Positions 12,393 to 26,190 of a DNA stretch of 64,000 nucleotides are shown in pieces. Below the pieces are notes generated by a model, which was not told the origin of the DNA, did no database searches, and saw nothing but the letters and a program-made list of their open reading frames with translations. Position 1 is the stretch's first letter, and every line of letters starts with the position of its first letter. Source of the stretch: Azolla caroliniana (lineage: Eukaryota; Plantae; Polypodiophyta); contig JBHGNT010000015.1 in the NCBI GenBank assembly GCA_043228905.1, forward strand, positions 16,430,001 through 16,494,000. Direction: 5' to 3'. Made by a program: the position numbers and the translations under genes.

Positions 12393-14063
12393 TCACTACT
12401 GAATCTCCAATTTCAGGCTTCCTTTGTTTGTTTGTTTTTTCTGTGTTCGAATCTTGACTCCCTCTCTTCCAAATGTAAGCTACTCTAAGTAATGGTTAAT
12501 TGTGACACGATTAAGAGAGAAAATGAAAAAAATAATAATACTAATGAGCCCTTCATTTAGTGGGCTACCCAACCCAAATTAGATCCTAAAGCCTTGGGAC
12601 TTTATGTGGATATACCTATTGTCATGCAGTTTCAAGATTGCAACACCTTGATGTGAGATCAGATTCACATAAGGCTATCATTGTCAAGTATTGTAATCAT
12701 GATCGTGCAGATCATCTAAACAAGCCACTCATTCGCTCATGAAGATTACGCATTTAAGATGAACATGCGCTTAACAAAAGATTTAATGGACACTCTTTTA
12801 ACGCATTAAAAGTGAAGGAAATCTAATTAAAAGCAAACAAATAGTTTTATTGATCGAGATTTGCACTAGTGCACCATTATTCCAAAGGTTAGAGTCAAGC
12901 ACTAAGTGATGAGACAACAAAGAGAGAAGCTCTAGTTTCAATTATCAAAAGTGAAGAAGCTCAATGAAAAGATTAAAAAATGGCGTTTATATTTGTATTA
13001 CAAAAGTGTTTTACCCTATGGTCCTTTCAACGATATCCTTTCCCTTTAGTTTCTACGTGTTAGTCCATGAAGCTTGTACCAACACAACCATAACAACATG
13101 GTGTTGATGCATATGATCGATACTTAACAATCTAGCATAGTGATTCCTTCCACATACAATAAAGTTGTTGTGTGGCATCTTGTCACCTTTACTTTGTTTA
13201 GCCTCTACAAAACTTGATCATATTCCATTGCCACTTTGTGGCCGTTTTTTTGAGCCATTGTCTTTTGTTTCCAACCCTAATACTATTGCCAAAAGCTTAA
13301 ATGGGTAACCTCCCATATTGGTGATAATTTGTCAAATCATTCATTGAAATTGGACTTTTCTTTCATTAGCCATTCAAAAACAAAACATGGAAGCTTCTGA
13401 TTTTATTCATGAGAAATATCTCGCCCTAGAATTATGTTCTCCCCAATTGTGTTTACTTTTGTCTTAGTGTTATGTTGTATGCTTCCCATCTTCCTATCGC
13501 TGATAGGTTTTAATCGTCATCCAACAATGGGCATTAGGTTCGCTAAGTTGCTTGGCAAGGACTCATTGTGGTCATCAAAAGTGTTCTCATCATATTTCTT
13601 TATTTTAGATAAGAATTAACTCTCAAACCAAATATAATGTCAAGCTTATAGGATAAGAACCTCTTAGTATATTGTGCACATTATAGGTTTACATATTGTA
13701 AGGCATGTACATACTTATATTTTTGTTTTAAAATTGAAGATTTCCTGGGAGTTTATGCCCACACATAACATTCCAAAAAGTAGACACTCTATAAATTCTA
13801 TTCACACACTTACTATATATAGTATTTACAATGTTTCACAAATCAATTTAGTAATCATGTTAATAACACCCACAAGTCCACATATAAAATTTGATCTCCG
13901 TGAGAGGATGCCTCTTTCATATGATATAACCTTTCTCTCTCAAATACTAAGTATGTCTCTTCACAAAATGTTTTCTTCCTATTTAAAATTATATGTTTAT
14001 TCAAGATACTCCCTTACGGGCAAGTGTTATTATTTACGAGATTAAAGATGCCTTTGACCTTTG

Positions 14064-14213
14064 CATTGGAAGGTGATCATCAATATGCGGAACAAAACCA
14101 TCACTTTGTATGATGAAGATCTTTAGGTATATGGTATACAAGGTCAGTAGAATAGATTAGTGGGAGAAGCAAAGGCAACTCTAGCAAGAGAACAAGATCA
14201 AGAAAAACAACAA

Positions 14214-14249
<36 letters not shown>

Positions 14250-14453
14250 AAAGAGGCACACAAAGGTATCTGTATTATTCAAATCCAAGTTACAACAAAT
14301 GGCAGCAACAACATTACATCAACCATCAACTAAGTTACAAAGTTCAGTTTAAATACAAGGCAATTGCCCTTTCCAATATTTACAAACAGGGCCTAGACTT
14401 AGTCTGTCCAATGGGACAGTGTGAATACATCTATTATGTACCCGTATTTGACA
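14064..14453 (-). repeat. 3' LTR of outer Copia
   Basis: Homologous to 26773-27160; ends in ACA next to the PPT. Confidence 0.85.
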
Positions 14454-15564
14454 CTCCCCTGTAATGGGCGTATACACCAAGAATCTGTAAATTAAAGAAT
14501 TATAAAAAAAATTATGGATTTATACAAAAGGGTGATGGACTAATCGGTTTGTAGCCGAATCGGCAATGACCGGAAATATAAAGGGCGGATCGGCTAAAGC
14601 CGAATCAGTTGTGCCCATTACCGAATCTTGAAAGCGTCGTGGCCTATTGTCCGAAAACATCCTTGTGTATGATTCGATCAGACTGATATTTCTTGATGCC
14701 CCATCTGGTGCCGAAGAGACCGGAATCGATTTGTCGGAAAACACGTGGTCATCCCATCAACTGCATTGTTGGCCATCGACATTTTCTCAAGGCCGAGCTT
14801 CCCGAAAATGACGCAGTCTCGAACAAAGTGATATCGGACATCGATATGCTTTGAGGCATTATGATGAACTAGATATTTGGATAGAACGAATGCACCTTGA
14901 TTGTGTTGTAGACAACTAGAGCCGAGTTGGAATCGGCTTGTCGAAATGTGCACGCCAATCGTCTGAGCCATAGAGGTTCCTTCGTTGTGTCAGACACGTG
15001 TTCGGCTTCAACGGTTGAAGTGGTCGTGCACTCTTGGAGTTTCAACTTTCATGAGATTGCTCCATTGCCAAATTTATAAGCAGTATCCGGTTGTCAATTT
15101 TTGGTTGTTTAGGCAGCCGACAAAGTTCGAGTTGGTGTATCTGACTATGCCTAAAGTCATGTTCGGATCAAATAGGATGCCATGGTCTTTTGTGACCACT
15201 AGATATCTGAACACATGCTTTACTGCGTTCCAATGTGATCAACCGGGATTATGCGTAAACCTACTAACGAATCCTATGGCATGAGCAAAGTCCAGTCGTG
15301 TTGCGACCATCGCATACATCAAGGAGCCGACAACGATGCGTAAGGTACCAACTTCATAGTTTCCCCCTCCAGACCAGATGTTGAACCGTCTTTGGGAGAT
15401 AACCAAAGGCTAATTGGGAGCGGGGTCAAAGAAGATTTCGCCGATTGCATGTTGAAGTGTTCCAAGACATGTTCAATTTAGTCGGCTTGAGACAAAAATA
15501 GTTGTCGTTGATTCTAAAGCCGACTTATCTTCATCCCCAAAATGTGTCTTGCTAGACCAAGGTC

Positions 15565-15651
15565 TGTTGGAGACAAGGCCGTGTCGATGCGGAAGATCAA
15601 GAAGCATTCGATTAGGGTTTCGAGTACCTGCGTATGACAGTTTCTAGTCGT

Positions 15652-15686
<35 letters not shown>

Positions 15687-15873
15687 GCACAAAAGACTCT
15701 TTCTATTCCATAGAAAACAATAATACAACCAACCTTACAAAAAGGTTACAAGGTCACTATATATAGTGACCGACTTAGGGCAACTACCATTTATGCTAAT
15801 TACACAAATGGCCCAAACTTGATCTATACAAAGGGATAGTGTGAATACGTCCATTATACACTTGTATTCGACA
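15565..15873 (-). repeat. 3' LTR of young Copia
   Basis: 309 bp, TGTTG...CGACA; matches 20761-21065. Confidence 0.95.
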
Positions 15874-16066
15874 CTCCCCCGTAATGGGCGTATACATGGG
15901 TTATCTAAGCTTACAGGTATAAACCTAGGTTCTCGGACATATCAGTTTTGTTCGAGTCGGCAGGGTCCGAAGGCAGAAGACCGAACTGGTCGGGTCGGAA
16001 GAGTTGAAGCCGATCATTGAGGAACTGATGTCGGTTGTCTGAAACCATCCTGCGCTGTGTCCGGCT

Positions 16067-19000
16067 CTAACCGGACTGGTTTGTCGTTACGCCCATCTGA
16101 TGCCAAAGGGACCGAAAGCGGTCTGCCGAAAGACACTTGGTCATTCCATCTGCGACATTGTCGGTTGTGGATATTTTCTCTAGACCAATTTTCCCTGAAA
16201 TGACGCAGTCCCGAACGAAGTGATATTGAACGTCGATATGTTTGGAGGCGTTGTGGTGAACCGGATTTCTCGACAAGGCAACAGCACCTTGACTGTCGCT
16301 ATAGACAACTGGGGCCGAGTCATGGTCGACTTGTCGAAACGTGTGCGCCAACCGGCCGAGCCACAAAGCTTCTTTTGCAGCGTCGGATGCAGCTACATAT
16401 TCTGCTTCAGTCGTTGAGGTTGCTGTGCACTCCTGAAGTTTCGACTTCCATGAAATTGCTCCATTGCCGAATTTGAAGCAGTATCCGGTTGTTGATTTCC
16501 GACTGTCTATACAGCCGGCGAAGTCCGAGTCGGTGTAACCGACAACGCCCGAGGTCGAGTTCGGACCGAAAAGAATGCCGTGGTCTTTTGTGCCAGCCAG
16601 ATATTTGAACACATGCTTGACTGCGTTCCAATGCGATCGGCCAGGATTGTGCATAAATCTGCTAATGACTCCTACGGCATGAGAGATATCAGGCCGTGTC
16701 GCGACCATCAGGTACATAAGAGAGCCGACTGCCGGTGCATACGGTACCGACTTCATATCTTCCCCCTCCGGACCGGATGTCGGGCAGTCTCGCTGAGAGA
16801 GCCGAAGATTCATGGGGAGCGGGGTTGAAGCAGATTTGGCTGATTGCATGTTGAAGCGTTCCAAGACACATCTGATATAGTCGGTCTGAGACAAAAAAAG
16901 ATGTCGTTTATCGCGATGCCGACTAATCTTCATGCCAAGTATGTGTCGTGCCGGACCGAGGTCCTTCATGGCAAACTTCAACCGCAGTTGCCGAACGAGA
17001 TCGGCAAGTTCGCCCGCGTGGCGTCCAGAAATTAGCATGTCGTCCACGTAAATGATGAGGAAGATGGGTGATCCATCTTGAGCTGTGTTGGTAAAAAGAC
17101 AATGGTCCTCATCGTTTTTTGAGAAGCCGATCGATTGGATGAAGTCGTCGAACTTCTTGTACCATTGTCGCGGTGCCTGTTTGAGGCCGTATAGACTCTT
17201 CCTGAGTCGGCAGACTAGATGTTCTTGGCCAGTTGCCACGAAGCCTTTTGGCTGCTCCATATAAATTTGCTCTTCAAGATCACCATGGAGGAAGGCTGTT
17301 TTGACATCTAGCTGAATCAGCTCCAAGTTGTCGGCTGCCACTACGCCGAGTAGGAAACGAAGGGTTGTCATTTTCACCACTGGTGAAAAAATCTCGTCGA
17401 AGTCGACGCCATATTCTTGTCGGAAGCCCTTCGCAACTAATCTGGCCTTGTACTTTGGGGTGGTCGAATCAGACGTCTCTTTTAGTCGATAAACCCACTT
17501 GCAAGGAAGAGCACGTCGATTCTTAGGTAGTTCGACCAGATCCCAAGTCTTGTTTGCCCGAATGGAGTGCATTTCCGACTCCATCGCCAAATGCCAGGTG
17601 GCTGAATCGACAGATGTCGATGCTTCTTCGTAAGACGTCGGTTCGCCGGCGTCGGTGAAGAAAATTCCAGGAGAGTACCTCTCCGGAGGTTGCGACAGTC
17701 TCTCAGATCGTCTAGGTATGATTGGACTGGTCGCATCGGGTATCGAGGTCGGATGGTCCGAAAGCGAATCATTCGGCTGTGCCGAGTCAGAGTTGTCCGA
17801 GTCGGTAGTGTAAGGTTCAGCTACCCGTGAAGCTGACCGTGTGTTAAGAGCGGGGCCTTCTTGAAGGGTCGGCACATCGGAAAATGTTACCCTTCGGACT
17901 TCGATCGGTGTTTCGACTGATGGATTCATAGCCGACTCGTTGAACACAACGTCCGAACTTCGAACGATTTGTCTGCGTTCGGGGTCCCAGAGTCGGTATC
18001 CCATTTCGCCGTCGGATCCATATCCAAGGAAAATGCATTTCCTGGACCGAGGTGCAAGTTTTCGGCGATCATCTTTCGGAATAAGGGCGTACGCCTCGCA
18101 TCCGAAGATCCTCAGCTTGTCGTAATTCGGCTTACTGCCGATCCATAGTTCCTGAGGAATTTGAAGTCCTAGAGGTCTACTTGGCGACATATTGATTATG
18201 TGTACTGCCGTGAGTAGAGCCTCTGCCCAGAAGCCATCCGACAGTCCGGAGTGTTGGAGCATGGAAACTATCCGTTCTTGGATTGTCCGATTCATGCGTT
18301 CTGCAATCCCGTTTTGCTCCGGACTGTGTGGTGCCGTAAATTCACGTCGGATGCCGCGTTGTCGGCAGAATTTGACGAATTCTTCTGATTTGAACTCTCC
18401 CCCATTGTCGGTCCGAAAGCATTTCAGTTTTCGGTCAGTTTGATTTTCTACCATAGCGAGCCAATCGGAGAAGATCGATAAGACACGATCTTTGGTGCGA
18501 ATTGGATAAGCCCACACCTTTCGAGTCGAATCGTCAATAAAACTGACGAAGTAAGAGGCACCGCCGAGAGACTGATGCGGCATTGGGCCACAGACGTCCG
18601 AGTGGACTAAATCGAGAGGTCTTGTTTCTCTTGGTGCTGATGTCGGGTGTGATGCGGCTGCTTGTTTGCCATACTGGCAATGTTCGCAGAATTGATGATC
18701 CGAGAAGGAGAGTTTAGGGATGTATCCGGCGTAATGCCGGCCTTGCTGAGGTGTCCTAATCTTCTGTGCCATAGTGATGACACAGGAATATCCACCAAAA
18801 ACAGGTTACCCTCTCTGAGCGTAACGTGTAACGGATACAGTGAGTGTATCTTGGGTCCTCTGGCAAGCAGGAGGTTCCCCCTGTGGAGTGTCCACCCTCC
18901 CGAAGAAAAACCGGCACGAATGCCATCTTCATCTAGTTGTCCGACTGAGATCAATGGCCTTGAGAGCTCGGGTACATGTCGGACATTGTGAAGTACAAGT

Positions 19001-20085
19001 GTAGAGCCACCTGCAAGGTTGAGCTCTACTGTGCCGATTCCAATGATGTCACAGTGTTGCGAGTTGCCGACTCGAACTGAGTCGGAGTGACGGATCGTAT
19101 ATTGCCGAAATTGGGATCGATGAGGAGTCACGTGAAATGACGCGCCCGAATCTAAGAGCCATGTGCTCGATTCTTCAGTCGTGAGCAGAACTTCTGATCC
19201 GACTGGATTTTCGATTGATAGTATATTCGGGTCGTTTGGTAACACATCAGCTGAGGAGCTGACGTAATTGATCTCCTCATGCCGGCCACTCTTCTTGTCT
19301 GATTTCTGAGACTTGTCGTTCTTGTTCTTGAGTGCGCGGCAGTCGGCTTTGATGTGTCCGGGTTTCTTGCAATAGTTGCAGATTCGATTATCCCGTGACT
19401 GGCTCCGTCTTCGCTGATTGTTCGGCTGCCGTGAGGAATCTCTTCCTCGTATGTTCGATCGGTCTGTCGAACCTTGTACTACATAAGCGTCGTCTGTTGA
19501 GTCTTTGGCGAAAGACTTTCTTCGAGCTGCTTCGGTCAGGATTGCGCTCGTGACTTCGGAGTATTTAACAGCCGTGGTTGACGCGTTGCACACGGTTGTG
19601 ACGAAAGTTTCCCATGATGAGGGAAGGCTGCTCATGAGTATCATTGCTCTGAGTTCATCCTCGATTGCCGTCCCCTGAGATGAGATTTGGGAGCTTATGC
19701 TTTCGTACTCATTGAGATGTGCTTGAACCGAATCTGATTCTTTCATCCGCAAGTTGTAGAGGCGCCGGATCAGAAACATCTTTGTTGCAGCGACCTTCTT
19801 TTCGTAAGTGTCCGACAGTGTTTTCCACAGTTCGAATGTTGTCGTACACGATTGCACCGTAAAGTATACCGATTCCGATAGGTGCATCCGAATCGTGGCG
19901 CGGACGATTCTGTCCAGCTTCTGCCACTCAATTGGTTTGTATCCTTCTGGAGGTTCTTCATTTTCGATGGGATCGATTTGCCCCTTGACTATGAGATAGT
20001 CCTACATTTGCTCCTTCCAGAAGTTGAAGTTCGATCCATCGAACTTTCGTAGACTCATTTCTGACGAGCCGGATGTTGATGCCAT
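16067..20085 (-). pseudogene. Copia gag-pol polyprotein, disrupted by one premature TAG and one frameshift
   Basis: Starts MASTSGSSEMSLRKFDGSNFNFWKEQM*DYL (TAG at 20002-20004). Zn knuckle CNYCKKPGHIKADC; protease WLLDSGAS; frameshift near 18735; integrase HSDVCGP/TDNGGEF/AERMNRT; RT YKARLVAKG, LDVKTAFLHG, YVDD; RNaseH TDSDFAG, TEAEY, DSQGA. Confidence 0.93.
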
Positions 20086-20760
20086 CAAATTTGGTTTCGG
20101 TTGACGAAGCTCGGTTCGGAGTTGACTACGAACCTTGTTGGAGTGCAGCCGGTTGGCTCACCCGATATCGTTCTAGTCGGATTTGGACCCGAGTCGGTTC
20201 GGCTTCGGATATATGTATTGTTGAACTTGCTCGAATTGACTCCAGTAACTTGAGGGACAGAACCGACTGGTCTTCCCGAATGTTGCCGAGTCGGAGTGAT
20301 CCCGGTTCACTTCCGAATATATATGCCAAATACCGATTATTGAAACCGATTGTCTGGACCGATTCTGCTTCGGGTGACTGCAGCGACGAGAGAGACGGAT
20401 CCAACTGATCCTCCCGAATGTCGATCAGCCGGATGAAGCACGAATTTGGGTTGTTGTCCTTGAAGTCGTCGTTGTGCAGGAAGCCCACCTCAAGCAGTTA
20501 CGATCAGGGAAGTAGAGTACAGCCGACTGGCTTACTCCGAGTGATGATCTAACGCAGCGAGATTCAAGCTTGTGTTTGCCTACTTTCTTCTCTGTTTCTT
20601 CGAATGACGCAAGAGGCCGAATGCTTTGCAGACTAGGATGAAGTGAAAGGCCGAATACTGTGCAGGCTCTGATGAAGCGAAGAACCGAATGCTGTGCAGG
20701 CTGAGACGACGGCCGACAGCGGGTTGAGGGACCGAATACTGTGCAGGCTCTGATACCAGA

Positions 20761-21065
20761 TGTTGGAGACAAGGCCGTGTCGATGCGGAAGATCAAGAAG
20801 CATTCGATTAGGGTTTCGAGTACCTGCGTATGACAGTTTCTAGTCGTGCACAGAGAGAGAGAGAGAGAGAGAGAGGAGGCACAAAAGACTCTTTCTATTC
20901 CATAGAAAACAATAATACAACCAACCTTACAAAAAGGTTACAAGGTCACTATATATAGTGACCGACTTAGGGCAACTACCATTTATGCTAATTACACAAA
21001 TGGCCCAAACTTGATCTATACAAAGGGATAGTGTGAATACGTCCATTATACACTTGTATTCGACA
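20761..21065 (-). repeat. 5' LTR of young Copia
   Basis: 305 bp; adjacent to the PBS. Confidence 0.95.
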
Positions 21066-23712
21066 AGGTCCTCATGGAAAACTTCAACCGCAATTGTCAA
21101 AGGAGTTCAGCAAGCTCTCCAACATGTTGTCCGGAGAGTACTATGTCGTCTACATAGACGATGAGGAAGATGGATGACCCATCCCGAGCTGTTTTGGTGA
21201 AGAGGCAATTGTCCTCATCGCTTTTGGAGAAATCAATCGATTGGATGAAGCCATCAAACTTCTTATACCACTGCCTTGATGCCTATTTGAGGTCGTATAG
21301 ACTCTTCCTGAGTCAATAGACTAGATGTTCCTGGACGGATACTACAAAACCTTTCGGTTGCTCCATATAAATCTCCTCGTCTAGGTTACCATGGAGGAAG
21401 GTTGTTTTGACATCTAGTTGGGTCGGCTCTAAGTCCTCGGCTACCACGACGCCGAGCATGAAGCGAAGGGTCATCATTTTCACCACTAATGAAATTTAAA
21501 GATTTTGTCAAAATCAACACCATATTCTTGCAAGAATCCCTTTGCTACTAATCTAGGTTTGAATTTTGGGTTGGCCAAATCAAACCTCTCTTTTAGTCAG
21601 TACACCCACTTGCATGGAAGAGCACATCAAATTTTCAGTAATTCGACCAAATCCCAACTCTTGTTTTGCCAGATGGAGTTCATTTCAGGCTCCATCGCTA
21701 GATGCCATGTGGCCGATGCTTTTCGTATGACGTCGGCTCGCCAACTTCCTTGAAGAAGATTCCAAGAGGTTACCTCTCCGGAGACTGCGACAGTCTTTCT
21801 GATATTTTTGGTATGACTGTGTAGTCGTATCGGGTATCTGAGTTAGATGGTCCGGACTCAAAACATTCGGTTGGAGCCGATTCAGTGGTAGAGGATTTGG
21901 CTCCCCATGACGCCGACCTCATGTTTTGGCTTGGGCCGTCATGAAGGGCCGACACTTCCAAGAAAGTTACCCTTCAGACTTCAATAGGCTTTCAATCGTC
22001 TTGTTCATGACTTTCTCGTTGAAGACAACGTTCGAACTTCAGACAATCTGTCTGTTCTCTGGGTCCAGGAGTCGATATCTGATTTCACCATCTGGTCCGT
22101 ACCCAAGGAAAATGCATTTCCTAGACCTCAGTTTGATCATTCATCGATCGTCTTTCGGTACAAGGGTGTATGCTTCGCATCCGAAATTCGGCTGCCTACC
22201 GGTCCATAATTCCTGAGGTATTTGAAGTCCTAGAGGCCTACTCGGCGACATATTGATTATGTGTATTGTCGTAAGTAGGGCCTCTACCCAGAAGCCATCC
22301 AATAGTTTGGAGTGTTGGAGCATAACGACGATTCCGTTCTCCTCTGGATTATATGGTGTTGTATATTCACGTCGAATGTCGTGTTGTCGAAAAAATTTGA
22401 CGAATTCCTCTAATTTGAACTCTCCTCCATTGTTGGACTGTAAGTATTTCATCTTCTGGTCATATTCATTCTGAACCATGGCAAGCCATTCTCAAAAGAT
22501 CGAGAACATCCAATCTTTTGTTCTAGCTGGGTAGGCCCACACCTTGCTAGTCAAATCGCCAATGAAGCTAACGAAGTAGGAGGCGCCGCCAAGAGACTGA
22601 TGTGGCATCAGGCCACAGACCTGTGAATGGACCAATTCGAGTGGACTCGATTCTTTTGGTGTTGTCGTCGGGTGCGAGGCTGCAGCTTGTTTGCTGTATT
22701 GGTAGTTCTTGCAGAATTGGTGTTCTGAAAGGAGAGTTTGGGGATATATCTGGCTCTGGATAAGTGCGTTATGCTGACCTTGCGGAGGTGTCCAAGTTGT
22801 CCATACCATAGTGATGACACAGGGTTATCAACTAGAAACAAGTCACCCTCTCTGAGTGTGACGTATAATGGGCACATAGAGTGTACTTTCGGACCTCATG
22901 CAACCAGGAGGTTCCCCCTATGGAGTGTCCACCCTCCTGATGAGAAGCCAGCACAGATGTCGTATTCGTCAAGTTGTCAGACCGAGATCAACGGTCTTGA
23001 CAGCTCAGGTAGGTGTTGGAGATTATGTAGTACCAATGTAGAGCCACCCGGAAGGTTGAGCTCTATTGTGCCGATACCGATTATAACACAATGCGGCAAA
23101 TTTCAGACTCGGATTGAGTCAGAATGTTGGGCCAAATATTGCTAGAATTGTGATATGTGAGGAGTCACGTGGTAGAAAGCCGCTCAAATATAGGAGCCAT
23201 GTGCTCGATTCCTCAATCATGAGCAGAATTTCTAACTCGGCTAAATTCTCTATGAACAAGATGTTTGGGTCATCCATCAGTACTTCGGGTGATGAGCCGA
23301 CGTAGTTGACCTCTTCATGTTGGCCATCCTTCTGATCAACTCCTTGTGTTTTGTCATTCTTTACTTTACGAGCGCAACAGTTGGCCTTGACATGTCCAAG
23401 CTTTTTGCAATAGTTGCATATCTGACTCTCTTTGAACTTGACTTAGCTCTGCGAATTGCTCGGCGGCCGAGAAGAACTTCTTCCCCTACTGTTCGGTTGG
23501 TCATTTGAACTCTGTACTACAAAAGCATCCTTGGCCGAATCATGAACGAACTATCTCCTCCGAGCATCTTTTGTGAAAATTGAGCTCTTCGATTCAGAGT
23601 AGCTTACGACCGTTCCAGATTTGTTGCACACAATGGTGACATGGGCTTTTGAAGACGAAGGCAGACTGCTCATCAATACAAGAGCTTTTAACTTGTCTTC
23701 TATTGTGACTCT

Positions 23713-26190
23713 TGTTAGGATTTTGTCCCTCCTAATAGGAGAAGTCAACAACCGAATTCTAGTTGGTCGGTTGGATTGACCAATGAGTTGATTGAATTGA
23801 GGGTCGGCCAAAGTGAAGATATTTGGGATCGAAGAGTCGGATCGACCAAATAGCCGACAATAGGAGCCGGCTAGTCGAATCGACTAAATTGTCGACTTGT
23901 GGGTCGGACAGTCGAGTCGACCAATTGGTCGATTACTTATTATTATATTATAATAATATCTTATTCACACACACACACACACACACATGGAGCTAGGACA
24001 AGATTATTATGTGAGAGATTATTATTGTGTAATTCAAGAGATACAAAAGGAGGAAGAAAAAGAGTGTGAGTGTCAATGAGTGATGGCACAGTTTTGTAGA
24101 ACTTGCCAAAACCCTAAGAAGGGATTTTCTATAATCTGAGCCTCTCTCCTTGAAAGCTTGGAAAGCTTTGTAATCTATCTTTGTAATCTTGTCTCATAGT
24201 GAAGTCTGTTGCTCTGTGGTTTGCCTTGTTTTAGGGTTTCCGCGTAAATCTTGTGTACCATGTACTTTAAGTTTCTATTTTGTGTTTTTTAGCCTATCTT
24301 TGTTGTTCATCTTCGGTCTTAAATTGTATCAAACTGGTATCAGAGCTTGGGGTGCTAGATGGAAGGATGTGTGAGTGGTTTTCCTGGAATGATAGTCCTA
24401 AACTTATATAACTACTTAGACAGGAAGATCAAGATGGAGGATCTTATGATAGTCAGAGACCTATATGAGCCGATAGATAGGAAAGAAATACCCGCAGGGG
24501 TGTTAGAGTCTGAATGGAAAATCCTGAACAGGATGGCAGTGGCTACCATCATACAATGTGTAGACATAAATGTTCTTTAGCATGTGGCTAACGACACAAA
24601 CGCCTATGACCTATGGCACAAACTTTCAGGCTTGTATGAAAGGAAAAACACCCTCAGCTGGGAGAACCTAGTCGTATCACTTAATGCTTCATGTCAAGAA
24701 GAAAACCTGTCTTTACAAGTGGTAAAGACAAGTATTATGAATGAAGAGACAAGGAGAAAGGACAAGGGTGTCCTGTCTCAATCGGAAGCAAATGTGGCAT
24801 GAAACCTCGACAAAGGCAGAACCAAACATAGGAGTCCACAAAACAGAGACAAGTCCCATGCTAGGTCAAAGTCCAAGGGACAACTCACATGTTTCTATTG
24901 TGGGAAACCTGCTTGGACACTTCCAAAAGGATTGTTGACATCTTAAGAAAGACAAAGGCGTTGCTAATGATGTCGAACCTAAGAAGATATATGAGGAGAA
25001 AAACACTTTAGCCATTGCTACCAGTGAAGAAGAGCTTTTATTCATTTGCGAACAAGCAATTGTCAACCTTGCAAATGAAGCGTTCTCTTGGGTGATTGAC
25101 TCCGATGCGTCGTTCCATTTATTCTCACAAGAGAATGTTTTTCATCTTACACAGTCGATGACTATGTCTATGTAAAGATGGGAGATAATGGAACATGCAA
25201 GATCGCCGGTATTGGGAGTGTATGTTTGATAACATCAACCATCCATAAGTTAGTATTGAGGGATGTACGACATGTGCCGGATGTCAAACTGAATCTGATA
25301 TAAACTGCAAGACTTGATGACAAAGGCTACAATGGTAGCTTTCAAAATGATATGTGGAAGTTTTGCAAGCAAAGTCTCATAGTGGCCCAAGCACAAAAAC
25401 AAGATTCTTTATATGTGATGCACATTGCCAAATTGTGTAAAGATGAGGCAAATGTGGCAGCTGACTCAGGTGGTGAGCTATGACATAAAAGGCTTGGTCA
25501 CATGATTGAGAGAGGCATGCATATCCTAGCTGAGAAGAATATTCTTCCAAAAGCAAAAGGAATGGATTTTGAAAAATGCGTGGATTGCATGGCCGGAAAA
25601 CAAAACAGAGCTGCATTTCACTCTAGGTCACCAAAGAGGAGAGAATGTGCACTAGAATTGGTCCACACAAATGTACGCTTTGATGATGCTCAATCACATC
25701 ATGGTGGACAATACTTTGTGAAATTTATTGACGACTACAACAAAAAGTTGTGGGCTTTCATGTTGAAGTCCAAAGACCAAGTGTTGTTGGTCTTTAAGGA
25801 GTTTCGGGCTAGAGTAGAAAGAGAGTTTGGAAAGAAGTTGTCGATTGTCCAAACAGACAATGGTGGCAAGTACAGAGGACAATTCGAGGAGTATTGCAAG
25901 ACCCAATGCATAAAACTCGAGTATACAGTGCAAAAGACCCCTGAGTTGAATGGTCTTGTAGAGAGAATGAATCATACCATAATGGAAAGGGTAAGAAGCA
26001 TATTGTCGCATGCAAAATTGCCAAAATCATATTGGGTTGAGGCAATGTTGACAGTTGTCTACCTTATAAACATGTCTCCCTCAATGCCTCTAAAGGGTGA
26101 TGTCCTATAGAGGGTGTGGATAGGAAGAAATGTCGCTTACCAACACTTAAGGGTGTTCAGATGCTTGGCATATGTGCATGTTGCAAAGGA
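23713..26190 (+). mobile_element. 3'-truncated Ty1/Copia inserted antisense into the gag of the outer Copia
   Basis: LTR ~23713-24331 (TGTTAG...TATCA) begins exactly where the outer gag breaks off. PBS TGGTATCAGAGC at 24335-24346. Decayed gag, protease (WVIDSDAS) and integrase ORF 25502-26110 (TDNGGKY, PELNGLVERMN). No RT or 3' LTR. Confidence 0.85.

Larger units (their letters stand above)
15565..21065 (-). mobile_element. Young full-length Ty1/Copia element nested in the RT of a related older Copia
   Basis: TG..CA LTRs 15565-15873 and 20761-21065 look identical except for (GA)n length. Perfect 5-bp TSD AGGTC (15560-15564 / 21066-21070). tRNA-iMet PBS at 20747-20758; PPT at 15874-15880. Domain order gag-PR-IN-RT-RH. 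Confidence 0.97.

Noticed and set aside
11981-12488. 132-157 aa ORFs upstream of VPS32
   Set aside because: They are open only because they run through the stop-poor 64-bp tandem repeat.
18607-18772. Programmed gag/pol frameshift in the young Copia
   Set aside because: The shift falls after the protease, inside the integrase N-terminal region, and matches a 13-nt deletion relative to the older relative.
16220-18991. Numerous antisense or alternate-frame ORFs inside Copia pol (and likewise in GGPPS and Gypsy pol)
   Set aside because: Shadow ORFs of GC-rich coding sequence with no independent support.
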